From a virus (lineage: Duplodnaviria > Caudoviricetes): a DNA stretch of 48,943 nucleotides. This document shows positions 28,141-36,995 of this stretch, piece after piece; position 1 is the stretch's first letter; every line of letters starts with the position of its first letter. Location: the IMG/VR virus record IMGVR_UViG_3300033067_002072, positions 1-48,943 of that record; one strand, 5' to 3'. Position numbers and translations under genes: made by a program. The notes below the pieces were generated by a model that was given only the letters and a program-made list of their open reading frames with translations, did not search any database and was not told the origin of the DNA.

Positions 28141-28375
28141 AGAAATCAAAACTCCAAAACTTGGTACCCTATCCTATTCCTTTGATTTTTTCTATGAGAG
28201 TTGGTTTAAAGCGGGCAAACCCCAAAAGCACAAAGTACTTTGCTACTTTGGGAGTATCGACCCGAGGGCACAGGCAAAACTGGAAGAGTATGGCTTCGCC
28301 ATACGATGCGTGGAAACAAGTGCCAAAGGTACCGTTTACACTATGGAATTATTGCAAGAAACACAGGAAGATTAA
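28127..28375 (+). CDS. hypothetical protein
   Basis: SD GAGG/GGA. Confidence 0.6.
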   Translation: MSKTKEIKTPKLGTLSYSFDFFYESWFKAGKPQKHKVLCYFGSIDPRAQAKLEEYGFAIRCVETSAKGTVYTMELLQETQED

Positions 28376-28376
28376 T

Positions 28377-28601
28377 ATGAATTATGAAACATTTGCCAAC
28401 CAATATTACACCGATCCAAACTATGAGTTTGGTAACGAACTTATGAAGTTAATAGAAGGGCAATCAATTGTTTTGCCCAACAGGTTGCCCTCTGGTATTC
28501 TTGACGTAATCGTAGATTACGTCTTTACAAATATTGAGGGGGGATCATTGAAGATTGAACCGTCAAGAATGGGCACGATATATCATATTAATAAACCATG
28601 A
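28377..28601 (+). CDS. hypothetical protein
   Basis: SD AGGA before ATG 28377. Confidence 0.6.
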   Translation: MNYETFANQYYTDPNYEFGNELMKLIEGQSIVLPNRLPSGILDVIVDYVFTNIEGGSLKIEPSRMGTIYHINKP

Positions 28602-28948
28602 AAATTATTATCGCTGGTTCTCGCAGCATTACGGACTACGCTCGATGTGAACCTTATTTGTTGCAAAGCAACTTTGATATTACGGAAGTGATTTCGGGCG
28701 GGGCATTCGGAGTCGATCATATTGGAGAAGAATTCGCCAGAAAACACTGTAAACTTCTTACTATTATGCCCGTTTTACCTTGGGAATGGACCCGCACTAA
28801 AACTGCGGGTCATAACAGGAACCTTAGAATGGCCCAATATGCTGATGGTGTTATAATTTTGTGGGACGGAAAATCAACAGGTAGCCAAAACATGTGGATG
28901 CAAGCCAAGAAATTAAATTTGCCCATAGAAATACATACTTTAACATGA
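28598..28948 (+). CDS. SLOG (cpYpsA/DUF2493-like) protein
   Basis: MKIIIAGSR, VISGGAFGVD, AGHNRNLRMAQYAD, WDGKSTGS. Confidence 0.88.
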   Translation: MKIIIAGSRSITDYARCEPYLLQSNFDITEVISGGAFGVDHIGEEFARKHCKLLTIMPVLPWEWTRTKTAGHNRNLRMAQYADGVIILWDGKSTGSQNMWMQAKKLNLPIEIHTLT

Positions 28949-30042
28949 AAATACATTCTTTGAGAGCCTCGACTGCTAATAGTTATGCCGGGTGTGAATG
29001 GCAATACTTTTTATTATATGACGTAGGAATATTAGGACAAAGTGGGCAAAAAGCTGAGTATGGCAATTGCGTGCATCTCGCGGCTGAGCTATTGGCCAAA
29101 GCCAAGAGGGTTCATAGGCTTAAGGGTAAAAGAGGTAAGCCTAAGGGTAAAAGAGTTGACCCCGAGTTTCTATTAAATGTGGCATACAACCGCACAGTTA
29201 AAACTAGTAGATTTGAATGGGATGAAGAAAGTAAGCAATTTTGTCGTAAACAATTTGCTAATATTTTAGCAGTCTCCTTTATTAATCCCCTTAATCTTAA
29301 AGTCCTCCGTACCGAACATCAGTTTGAAATTACGATTAAAAAGCCGGGCTTTTTAATTCAGGGAACCGGAGAATACCTTAAACTACGTGGTACCATTGAT
29401 TTAATCACTGAACAAGATAAGAATACTATTCATATTATTGACTACAAAACTGGTAAATCTACAGATTGGATCACTGGCGAAGATAAAACGCACGAAAAGT
29501 TAAAAACTGATACGCAGTTACGAATGTATGATTTGGCTATAAAGTACTTATATCCCAAATATAAGAATCGAATATTTACCCTATTCTTTACACAAGAATC
29601 CAAACCTGTTACTATCTCCTACGATTCGGATGAATGGATTAAAACGCTAGAAGAATTCAGAGGAATTTTTAAACAAATTCAATCCAACAATAATCCAACT
29701 CGTTTAATAGATATTAAGGTGAGTGATCAGTGGAAATGCAACTATGTTTGCCAGTTTGGTGAATTAGCCGTTAAATTCCAATCTGACAACGGTCAGATTA
29801 TAATCGAAAATTTTAGAAAGAAAAAGGGGTTGGTCATTCCTGAAGAGATTGTAAGAGACAATATTTCTTATAAGAAACTACCCGGCTATCCTGAAACCAT
29901 CTGCCAGAAATACTATAAGAAGTTTAATAAACTGGGCATGGATGAATTTCGTAATGAAATGACCCAACTTACAATTAATGGGAAAGTATCAGCGAGAAAC
30001 GATTACTCAAATCCTAAATTAACCCGATTGGAGATCACTTAA
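28945..30042 (+). CDS. Cas4/RecB-like PD-(D/E)XK exonuclease
   Basis: LRGTIDLI, IIDYKTG, QLRMY; N-terminal Cys plus C-terminal CNYVC suggest an Fe-S staple. Confidence 0.85.
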   Translation: MKIHSLRASTANSYAGCEWQYFLLYDVGILGQSGQKAEYGNCVHLAAELLAKAKRVHRLKGKRGKPKGKRVDPEFLLNVAYNRTVKTSRFEWDEESKQFCRKQFANILAVSFINPLNLKVLRTEHQFEITIKKPGFLIQGTGEYLKLRGTIDLITEQDKNTIHIIDYKTGKSTDWITGEDKTHEKLKTDTQLRMYDLAIKYLYPKYKNRIFTLFFTQESKPVTISYDSDEWIKTLEEFRGIFKQIQSNNNPTRLIDIKVSDQWKCNYVCQFGELAVKFQSDNGQIIIENFRKKKGLVIPEEIVRDNISYKKLPGYPETICQKYYKKFNKLGMDEFRNEMTQLTINGKVSARNDYSNPKLTRLEIT

Positions 30043-31724
30043 TGCTTAATTTTACCCATTATTCTGTAGGATATGGAATAAGTCATATTGATGAATTAGT
30101 TAAAAGGGCGGCAGAACTTAATTTACCCTATCTGACTATCACTGACTTAAATAGTCTTGCTGGCTGCCCAGAGTTTTTAGAAACGGTCAATAAGGTTAAT
30201 GAGAAACGGGAAAATAAGATTGTACCCATATTAGGGGCAACTTTTACAGTAAAACTGTCCGAAGGACATGGACATCTTAGTGCCCTTTGTAAAAATAAAC
30301 AAGGTTGGCATAGTCTATTAAAGATTTTGTCAACAATGCAGGTCGAAAAACAGGAGTTTTTCGAGTTAAAAGATGTTTTGTCGAATCTGACCAATTTGGA
30401 CATAATCCTTGGGGATTTTGAGGGCCGAGCGGCCCTTGCAAAAATATTAGGGGCAAAGGGTATTCCTTTTACGGAAACCAATGTCCAATCCAATTATGTT
30501 CGGGTAGAGGACAAAATTCTTCATCAAGTAGTTTTAAGTGGGCGGTTAGATTGTACTATTCCAGAAATCCCCCAAGTTATTGAAAAACACAAGGAATTTG
30601 CTAAGTTCTTTGGAGAGGACACTTTTGCCCTGACTACATCGGCCAATCTCAACTTATCTGGCTTTTCCCCATTTTCGCTAAAAGCAAAGCCATTTATCCC
30701 AAACTTTTCCCTAGAAGGGCGATCATACGCCCCACCCGAGGCGGCTGAACTCCTTAAGAATTTATGTAGGGACGGCTGGGCATCAAGAAAATTAAACTGG
30801 TTGTGCCGAAACGACCCGGCCCTTAAAGATGTTTATCTGAATAGAATTAAAGAGGAGTTAAAGACCTTTGAAGAGGCCAACTTATCTAGTTATTTTCTTA
30901 TTGTTAAAGACTTAATGAACTATTCTAGGGAGAATGGATATAGTTGTGGGCTTAGAGGTTCTGGCTCAGGTTGTTTAATTGCCTATCTAATAGGTATATC
31001 AGACATTGATCCTATATGGCCCGATAAAACTATTCCTTATGATCCTAATAAATCCCTACTGTTTTCCCGATTCTATAATTCTGCCCGTAATTCTGCTGAA
31101 AATATATCTCTACCAGATTTGGATATTGATGTTTGTCCTTCCTTTAGACAGGCAATGAAGCAATATATTGTAGAGAAATATGGAAGTGATAAAGTTGCTT
31201 CATACATTGTAACTTATGCCCGCTATGATGGTAAGGGTGCCTTTAAGCAAGTGTGCAGGGCACTGGGGACGTTGACACCAGAGGAAGTCAACGACATTAC
31301 AAAGTTCATGATTGATTATGCTAGAATTCAAGATGAACTTGAGGATTTAAAGCAGGAAGATCCCAAATATAATACTTTACGGTATAATTTGGATCACGTT
31401 CTTGCCGTGCAACAACTATATGAGGAATACAAAGAAGAATTTGATCTTGCCGTCCGCATTTCGGACACGATTTATTCTAGAAGCAAACACGCCGCAGGCG
31501 TAGTAATTTCTCCTAACAATTTAAATGAAAATTTTCCAATTTTTATTGAAAAAGACGGTACAAAAATATTAGGATTAGAAATGGAATGGGCAGAGTATGT
31601 TGGGGCACTTAAATATGATCTTTTATGTGTTGCTGCCTATGAAAAGATTGATAAGATTATAGAGATGATTAATACGGGTTCGAACGAGCCTGTAGTGGGA
31701 ATTTTGGAAGAAGATACGGAGTAA
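30042..31724 (+). CDS. dnaE: DNA polymerase III alpha, N-terminal part (PHP, palm, thumb)
   Basis: RGSGSGCLIAYLIGISDIDP, PDLDID, KHAAGVVI, KYDLL: all three catalytic Asp; stops where fingers should begin. Confidence 0.92.
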   Translation: MLNFTHYSVGYGISHIDELVKRAAELNLPYLTITDLNSLAGCPEFLETVNKVNEKRENKIVPILGATFTVKLSEGHGHLSALCKNKQGWHSLLKILSTMQVEKQEFFELKDVLSNLTNLDIILGDFEGRAALAKILGAKGIPFTETNVQSNYVRVEDKILHQVVLSGRLDCTIPEIPQVIEKHKEFAKFFGEDTFALTTSANLNLSGFSPFSLKAKPFIPNFSLEGRSYAPPEAAELLKNLCRDGWASRKLNWLCRNDPALKDVYLNRIKEELKTFEEANLSSYFLIVKDLMNYSRENGYSCGLRGSGSGCLIAYLIGISDIDPIWPDKTIPYDPNKSLLFSRFYNSARNSAENISLPDLDIDVCPSFRQAMKQYIVEKYGSDKVASYIVTYARYDGKGAFKQVCRALGTLTPEEVNDITKFMIDYARIQDELEDLKQEDPKYNTLRYNLDHVLAVQQLYEEYKEEFDLAVRISDTIYSRSKHAAGVVISPNNLNENFPIFIEKDGTKILGLEMEWAEYVGALKYDLLCVAAYEKIDKIIEMINTGSNEPVVGILEEDTE

Positions 31725-31727
31725 TTA

Positions 31728-31967
31728 ATGTTATTATTATTACCATTACATTTAACCAACCAAGAAAAAAAGTCGTTTAAAAGAATAGTAGGAAAATATA
31801 TGATTGAGATTGCCTATCAAAATTCTACTGGTAATTGGCATTATTCTATTTGGTCTGAAAGAGAAGGTAAGAATAAGTTTATTCAATATGAACATTTTAA
31901 AGGCTTTGCTAATTCTCGTGAAAAAGCAGTGCGTAAATGTAATAAATGGTTAGTGAATCGGATTTAA
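31728..31967 (+). CDS. hypothetical protein
   Basis: SD GGAG. Confidence 0.55.
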   Translation: MLLLLPLHLTNQEKKSFKRIVGKYMIEIAYQNSTGNWHYSIWSEREGKNKFIQYEHFKGFANSREKAVRKCNKWLVNRI

Positions 31968-31985
31968 TTTTTATCGGAGATAAAA

Positions 31986-32393
31986 TTGGAATATTTTAAA
32001 GCACAGCGTTATGGCGATGCTGAAGGTAGACAAGTAGAAGAGAGGGTGTATTACACCCTCGGAGGTCGTAAGACCAATATAATGGATATGGAGGCAGATG
32101 CCTCCCATACTGAGATGGAACTTCCGCCCGAATATTTTGCGGTAGTATTGGTTCCGGCTAATTTGGGGATGTTACCTGTTGTTGGTTCCAACCAACAACC
32201 TATTGGGGTTGCCCCTCATATTGCCCTTATTGAGAATTTCCTACCAATTCCGGGGGCTAAGACGCCCCATGAGGCAATGCTTAAGGTTGATTCCATCATG
32301 GATGGATATAAGAAGAAACAAGAAGAGGCACGGAAACAAAGTAAATTAGTTACGGCCCAAGCCGTTCCTTCTACTAAGTTGCATTTATCATGA
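31986..32393 (+). CDS. hypothetical protein
   Basis: TTG start with SD GGAG. Confidence 0.7.
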   Translation: MEYFKAQRYGDAEGRQVEERVYYTLGGRKTNIMDMEADASHTEMELPPEYFAVVLVPANLGMLPVVGSNQQPIGVAPHIALIENFLPIPGAKTPHEAMLKVDSIMDGYKKKQEEARKQSKLVTAQAVPSTKLHLS

Positions 32394-32767
32394 GTGAAAC
32401 TCCTTTTACGTTCAAGTTTGAGGCTATCGCCAATGACGGAAAAGTTATTGATGTTGGTGATACCGTCTATCAGATGAAATGTCAAGCAAAGCAGTTACCA
32501 GAGGTAATAACCCTAAAAATTTTGGAAAAGATTCCTCAAACTCGTAAGTTAAGAGTGGTGACTTTGTCAGCAAAACCCACGGTATACGAAGTACATCCGA
32601 AGGATGTAACCACTGATTATAAGGCACTCTGTTCCTCTTGGGTTACTGATCTTACAGCCGTCGCAGACTTCGTACCAAAACAAATTGCTGCGTTGCAGCA
32701 AGTAATACAAACGGGTTTGCCCGAGGTACCGCAGGTGACTGTAGACCATAAAGAAATAGAAATATAA
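32390..32767 (+). CDS. hypothetical protein
   Basis: ATGA overlap. Confidence 0.7.
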   Translation: MSETPFTFKFEAIANDGKVIDVGDTVYQMKCQAKQLPEVITLKILEKIPQTRKLRVVTLSAKPTVYEVHPKDVTTDYKALCSSWVTDLTAVADFVPKQIAALQQVIQTGLPEVPQVTVDHKEIEI

Positions 32768-32802
32768 CTTTTGATAAAAGTTACAAAATAAAGGAAATAA
32801 CA

Positions 32803-33426
32803 ATCAACAACCGACATATATTAATTGTAGACACGGAGACTACGGGACTTTCAGTGGACGATGGCCATGAAATTACTGAATTAGCAGCAATTGCCCTTAA
32901 CGCCCATGACTTTGAACCTCACCACGCCGGTAAGTTCCAAGTTTTTATTAAACCCAAGAACCTTGAAATAGTTTCTGCTGGGGCAGTTAAGGTAGCAAAG
33001 GAAAGTTATGAAAAGGCTATGACGGAGGGAGTGGACGCCAAAGTTGCCATGCGGCACTTTATGGAATTTTGTAATAAGGTGAATGATAAACAGTTAGACA
33101 GTACCCGCCCCTACCTTGCTGGTCATAACTGCCCCTTTGATTACAAATTTATCAATGTTACTGCAAAGAAATGCGGCCTTATTAAAAGTGACAAAGACGC
33201 CCCTTGGCACTACCACTTTATCGACACTTTACCTATGATGTTTTGTCTCTTTGAGTCAGATCCAACGGTAAATCGATGGAATCTAGACACCCTTTTAGCG
33301 AAGTTAAACATGAAGAGATCGGGAACTACGCACGGGGCTATGGAGGACGTTGAGTTAACAGCAGAGGCTTTACGTCGTATGCTTAAGTTTTTTAGGACTG
33401 CATCTAAGAAAATGAAGATTGCCTAG
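32803..33426 (+). CDS. DEDDh 3'-5' exonuclease (DnaQ/epsilon-like), apparent ATC start
   Basis: ExoI ILIVDTETTG lies upstream of the track's GTG; ExoII AGHNCPFDYKF; ExoIII HGAMEDV. Confidence 0.88.
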   Translation: MNNRHILIVDTETTGLSVDDGHEITELAAIALNAHDFEPHHAGKFQVFIKPKNLEIVSAGAVKVAKESYEKAMTEGVDAKVAMRHFMEFCNKVNDKQLDSTRPYLAGHNCPFDYKFINVTAKKCGLIKSDKDAPWHYHFIDTLPMMFCLFESDPTVNRWNLDTLLAKLNMKRSGTTHGAMEDVELTAEALRRMLKFFRTASKKMKIA

Positions 33427-33451
33427 CAATCAGAAAGGATAAGAATTATCT

Positions 33452-33766
33452 ATGGCAATTAAATTAGCATTACACGAAAAGGCTTCGCCGAAAAAGACTA
33501 AGGCTAAAAATAATACTTTACACACTGTGCGACTTATTGTAGATTTTCCAGCAGAAATTACTTCGGAAGATAAAACAATTTTGGCTAAAATGACCAACAA
33601 TTTACTCAAATTTGTCTTTGAGGATTCTACACCAGAAGAATTGGCAAGACGACATATTAATGTATATTTGAATGCTTATAAAGATAATAAGAAGAAGGAA
33701 GAGAATTATTTAGTAATTAGTACTAATGGTAATTGGACCCCTTTAAGTGCGATAAATAAAAAATGA
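33452..33766 (+). CDS. hypothetical protein
   Basis: ORF on coding strand. Confidence 0.65.
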   Translation: MAIKLALHEKASPKKTKAKNNTLHTVRLIVDFPAEITSEDKTILAKMTNNLLKFVFEDSTPEELARRHINVYLNAYKDNKKKEENYLVISTNGNWTPLSAINKK

Positions 33767-33888
33767 TACCACAACAAATACCAACGATGGAAGTGGAATC
33801 CTATAGGATTCCAGTAAAAACAGAATCTACCACTGAAATTACCGAAACGGCTTGTGCCACCATTTCTTCATTTGTTTTATATGGTTAG
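33763..33888 (+). CDS. possible small protein (41 aa)
   Basis: ATGA overlap with upstream stop; fills the gap; not in track. Confidence 0.3.
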   Translation: MIPQQIPTMEVESYRIPVKTESTTEITETACATISSFVLYG

Positions 33889-33918
33889 TCTTAAAAGTTA
33901 TTAAAAGGGTTCGTAAAT

Positions 33919-34119
33919 ATGAGTAAGAAAAGAACAAAGTCTAATAAGCAAGTTGCCCAAATTGTTGATCGAGAAGGATTAGACTACGCTGTCACAGCGT
34001 ATATGGATTCAGATGATTTTGAGGATCGTCATTTAGCGTCTTTATGGGACCAAGCCCAAGTTATTTTAGATGAAATCACAGAAATATTAGATGAGGCTAA
34101 TCCCGATGGAGAAGTCTAA
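33919..34119 (+). CDS. small acidic hypothetical protein
   Basis: SD AAGGG. Confidence 0.7.
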   Translation: MSKKRTKSNKQVAQIVDREGLDYAVTAYMDSDDFEDRHLASLWDQAQVILDEITEILDEANPDGEV

Positions 34120-34612
34120 AGATTATCGGCTAGATAGCCGAACAAAAGAACAATTTGCGGCAGATATTAAGGCGGCGACGGCCCAAGAAAAGATCCTTAT
34201 GGGCCTGTATGTAGAATGGTTGAACAAAACTAAGGGCGGTGGAAAAACCCCCTATTCTTTTACAGATAATGGGGTTGATAACTCTGGAGAATATTTAGAA
34301 CCCGGTACGGCCCATGCCGCCGCCGATTTTATTCTTCACAAAAAAGGTGGAAGAGATAAAAAGATAGAGATAAAATTCAGCAGAACGGTGTCTAATTCAA
34401 ATTTTCACCTAAAAGTTGCCCAAATGGAACGGTATATTCGTGAGGACGTTTGTATAATAAACTTTATGGGTGTCACTCCCCCCGATTGTAGGTTTTGTAT
34501 CTTAACACCGGCTTCCCTTAAGGAAGCCTTAGTCTCTGGAGAACGCAAGCGTTTTTGGCATAAGGATTGTATAAGATTTAAGACCAGTGGGCAGAAATGG
34601 TACTCTGTATGA
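34106..34612 (+). CDS. PD-(D/E)XK restriction-endonuclease-fold protein
   Basis: ADFIL...KIEIK motif preceded by an E-bearing helix. Confidence 0.6.
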   Translation: MEKSKDYRLDSRTKEQFAADIKAATAQEKILMGLYVEWLNKTKGGGKTPYSFTDNGVDNSGEYLEPGTAHAAADFILHKKGGRDKKIEIKFSRTVSNSNFHLKVAQMERYIREDVCIINFMGVTPPDCRFCILTPASLKEALVSGERKRFWHKDCIRFKTSGQKWYSV

Positions 34613-34980
34613 ATAAGAAAAAGGCAGAATTAACGCACTGGGAAAAGTTCTATGAAATAGATGTTTCTCATCCCAAAGAGATACGCAAATTACTCCGAAA
34701 ATATCTCGGAGAAATTCATAATTTGGGTTGTTGGTTGTTGCCAAGAGGCAGGGAGTTTAGAAATTACGTTAAGAGTAAACCAATCGCCCGTAATATCTTT
34801 AGGACGGAGTCCTATGATGATATCCACTACTATAGAGAGTTTCTTAGGCTGATCGCTAAGAAACAATATAAGAAAGCATATAAGTTATATTGGGATATGG
34901 ATACTTTTCCTCGTGATTTTATCTCAGAACAGTTTAAGACAATTTTAGATTACGCTTGGAACGGCGAACCATATGAATAA
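34609..34980 (+). CDS. hypothetical protein (paralog of 39425-39694)
   Basis: YKKAYKLYWDMDTFPRDFI shared motif. Confidence 0.65.
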   Translation: MNKKKAELTHWEKFYEIDVSHPKEIRKLLRKYLGEIHNLGCWLLPRGREFRNYVKSKPIARNIFRTESYDDIHYYREFLRLIAKKQYKKAYKLYWDMDTFPRDFISEQFKTILDYAWNGEPYE

Positions 34981-36574
34981 ACTTGATATTTCCCAAATTA
35001 ATTACGCTGATACCAAAACTTGGGAATTGATTAAATCGGGGGCGACTAAGAATATTTTCCAGTGCGAAAGTCGTCTTTTGTCTCATTGGCTCAAGAAGAT
35101 TCAACCAAATAATCTTTGGGAACTTTCTATTATTCTAGCTCTGGTAAGGCCGGGTGCATTGAACAGCGGAACCGCCGATGACTATGTTGCCTATAAGAAT
35201 AAGGTTAAAGAATTTCAGCCAATTCATCCTATCGTAGATAGAATCTTAGAAACTACGAATCACTGCTTAGTTTTTCAAGAATCATTGATGCAGATTGGTG
35301 CAAATCTTGCGTGGCCCCATCTTCCTGATAAAGAGAAATCCCTAAAGGTTGATGAACTTCGTAAAGCCGTAGGTAAGAAGAATCAAGAGAAAATTCTTAA
35401 GATTGGTAAGGAATTCGTAGAAGGCTGTTTGACTAATAAAGTTGAGGCGGCGGTTGCCGCCCGCCTCTTTGAGATTATTAAGAATTGTGGGCGATACCTA
35501 TTTAACCTTTCCCACTCATTTGCTTATGGTGTTAAGGCATATGAAAGTGCCTATCTAAAAGCCAACTATCCATTACAATCCCTTGCTGTATACTTAAGTT
35601 ATGCCCAATTTAAACAGGCTCATAAAAAAGAGGGCAAAACCTTTGGTGGAAAGTGGAATGAAATAGAGGAAATTGTTAATGAGGGCCGCAAATATCTTGG
35701 AGTAGAACTCCTCGCCCCCAATATTAATTCTAAAAATGAGAATTTTGCAATAGAGAATGGGGCAATTCGATATGGGCTGGGCCATATTAAGTACTTTGGA
35801 AATAGCATCGACAAAGTAAAGAAACTTCCTCGGATTGATAAATGGCAGCAAGTATTGTTGCTCCTTTGTACTGATAGATTTGGATTTAAACTTAAAGCAA
35901 CTACGGGCGAAGCCCTTATTAAAACGGGTTGTTTTGCCGATACCAAGGTGAGTAGATCAGATTTGCTCACGGTATACACTTTGTGTACAAGCCTAACTGA
36001 AAGAGAAATGGAAAAGTTGGCCGACTTATTAGAAAATAATTCGGACCAACCGATAACATCTTTAAAAGATTTACTTACTGACGTAGTTAGCATAGCCACC
36101 AAGCGAAGAAAAGAAACTTTAGAAGATGAAATTAAACTTCTAAAACTCAACCAATTCGACAATCCCCAATGGGTAGAACAGGTTGAAAAACACTATATGG
36201 GCCTGCCCATTAATACTACCGCTCTTGATAATATCTCTGAACAAGCCGGTTATGGTTGTCAAGACTTACATGATAGTTTACCCCTTTATACCACTCGTCA
36301 GATTCATCTTATTATCGATGATGTAAAGACTACAGTTACTAAGACAGGTAAAAACCCCGGCCAAGAGATGTGTTTTGTAACAGGGCACGATGCTACGGGT
36401 AAGGTTGATCGCTTACCCATTTTCCCTGAATTGTATGCCACCCTAAAAGATGATCTATTTCCCCCACAAATGTTTTGTTTAACGGTACATAAAGGTAAGG
36501 GCGGCTGGTTCGTTAAAGAAGGATATAAACTTGACACCACTAGAGATTCTGGAAAAATGCAATTATCTGATTAA
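34973..36574 (+). CDS. dnaE: DNA polymerase III alpha, C-terminal part (fingers, HhH, OB)
   Basis: IFQCES, ALVRPG, LVFQE, LRKAVGKK, FNLSHSFAY, YLKANYP, IRYGLGHIK, EMCFVTGHDATG. Confidence 0.92.
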   Translation: MNKLDISQINYADTKTWELIKSGATKNIFQCESRLLSHWLKKIQPNNLWELSIILALVRPGALNSGTADDYVAYKNKVKEFQPIHPIVDRILETTNHCLVFQESLMQIGANLAWPHLPDKEKSLKVDELRKAVGKKNQEKILKIGKEFVEGCLTNKVEAAVAARLFEIIKNCGRYLFNLSHSFAYGVKAYESAYLKANYPLQSLAVYLSYAQFKQAHKKEGKTFGGKWNEIEEIVNEGRKYLGVELLAPNINSKNENFAIENGAIRYGLGHIKYFGNSIDKVKKLPRIDKWQQVLLLLCTDRFGFKLKATTGEALIKTGCFADTKVSRSDLLTVYTLCTSLTEREMEKLADLLENNSDQPITSLKDLLTDVVSIATKRRKETLEDEIKLLKLNQFDNPQWVEQVEKHYMGLPINTTALDNISEQAGYGCQDLHDSLPLYTTRQIHLIIDDVKTTVTKTGKNPGQEMCFVTGHDATGKVDRLPIFPELYATLKDDLFPPQMFCLTVHKGKGGWFVKEGYKLDTTRDSGKMQLSD

Positions 36575-36995
36575 ATATTTCTATAATGAAGGAGATAATC
36601 ACGCAATATTACATATTCTATTAGATAAACAGAAAATATATAAGTTTACCTATGAAAACGGGGAGTTTAAAACAAATTATCAAGATATAACTATTAAATG
36701 CCCTAAATATGCTTCGCTTGCTTACCTCTCATTTTTTATACAGGAAATTTGTAAGGAAGAAGAATATCCGGCGTTCCGAATCAAGAAATTATTTAACAAC
36801 AATCCTTCGAACCTGATAAGGTTCTTAGATGTGTCTGAAGAAGAAACTTTGCAAAGTATGTATCTGCAAGATTTATTAGAGGAATATAGTCGTTATGGTT
36901 TACGCAAAAATATTATTGAAAAAGCCACAATGGTAGAAATTACCGATGGGCTATATCCGTTAGTTGGGCACCATCTTGGAATTACAATCTCATGA
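36531..36995 (+). CDS. hypothetical protein
   Basis: TTG start with SD AAGGA. Confidence 0.6.
   Translation: MTPLEILEKCNYLIKYFYNEGDNHAILHILLDKQKIYKFTYENGEFKTNYQDITIKCPKYASLAYLSFFIQEICKEEEYPAFRIKKLFNNNPSNLIRFLDVSEEETLQSMYLQDLLEEYSRYGLRKNIIEKATMVEITDGLYPLVGHHLGITIS

Noticed and set aside
28945-30042. Cas4-like gene as evidence of a CRISPR-Cas system
   Set aside because: No other cas genes or array; solo Cas4-like nucleases are common in phage replication modules.
32042-32060. Perfect palindrome GAGGGTGTA-T-TACACCCTC
   Set aside because: Single copy inside a CDS; one 9-bp-arm palindrome in 49 kb is plausible by chance.
31650-35030. Split-intein or intron explanation for the divided dnaE
   Set aside because: No Cys/Ser-initiated N-intein after the N-part, no HN-C/S end before the C-part, and the gap is filled by ordinary coupled genes.
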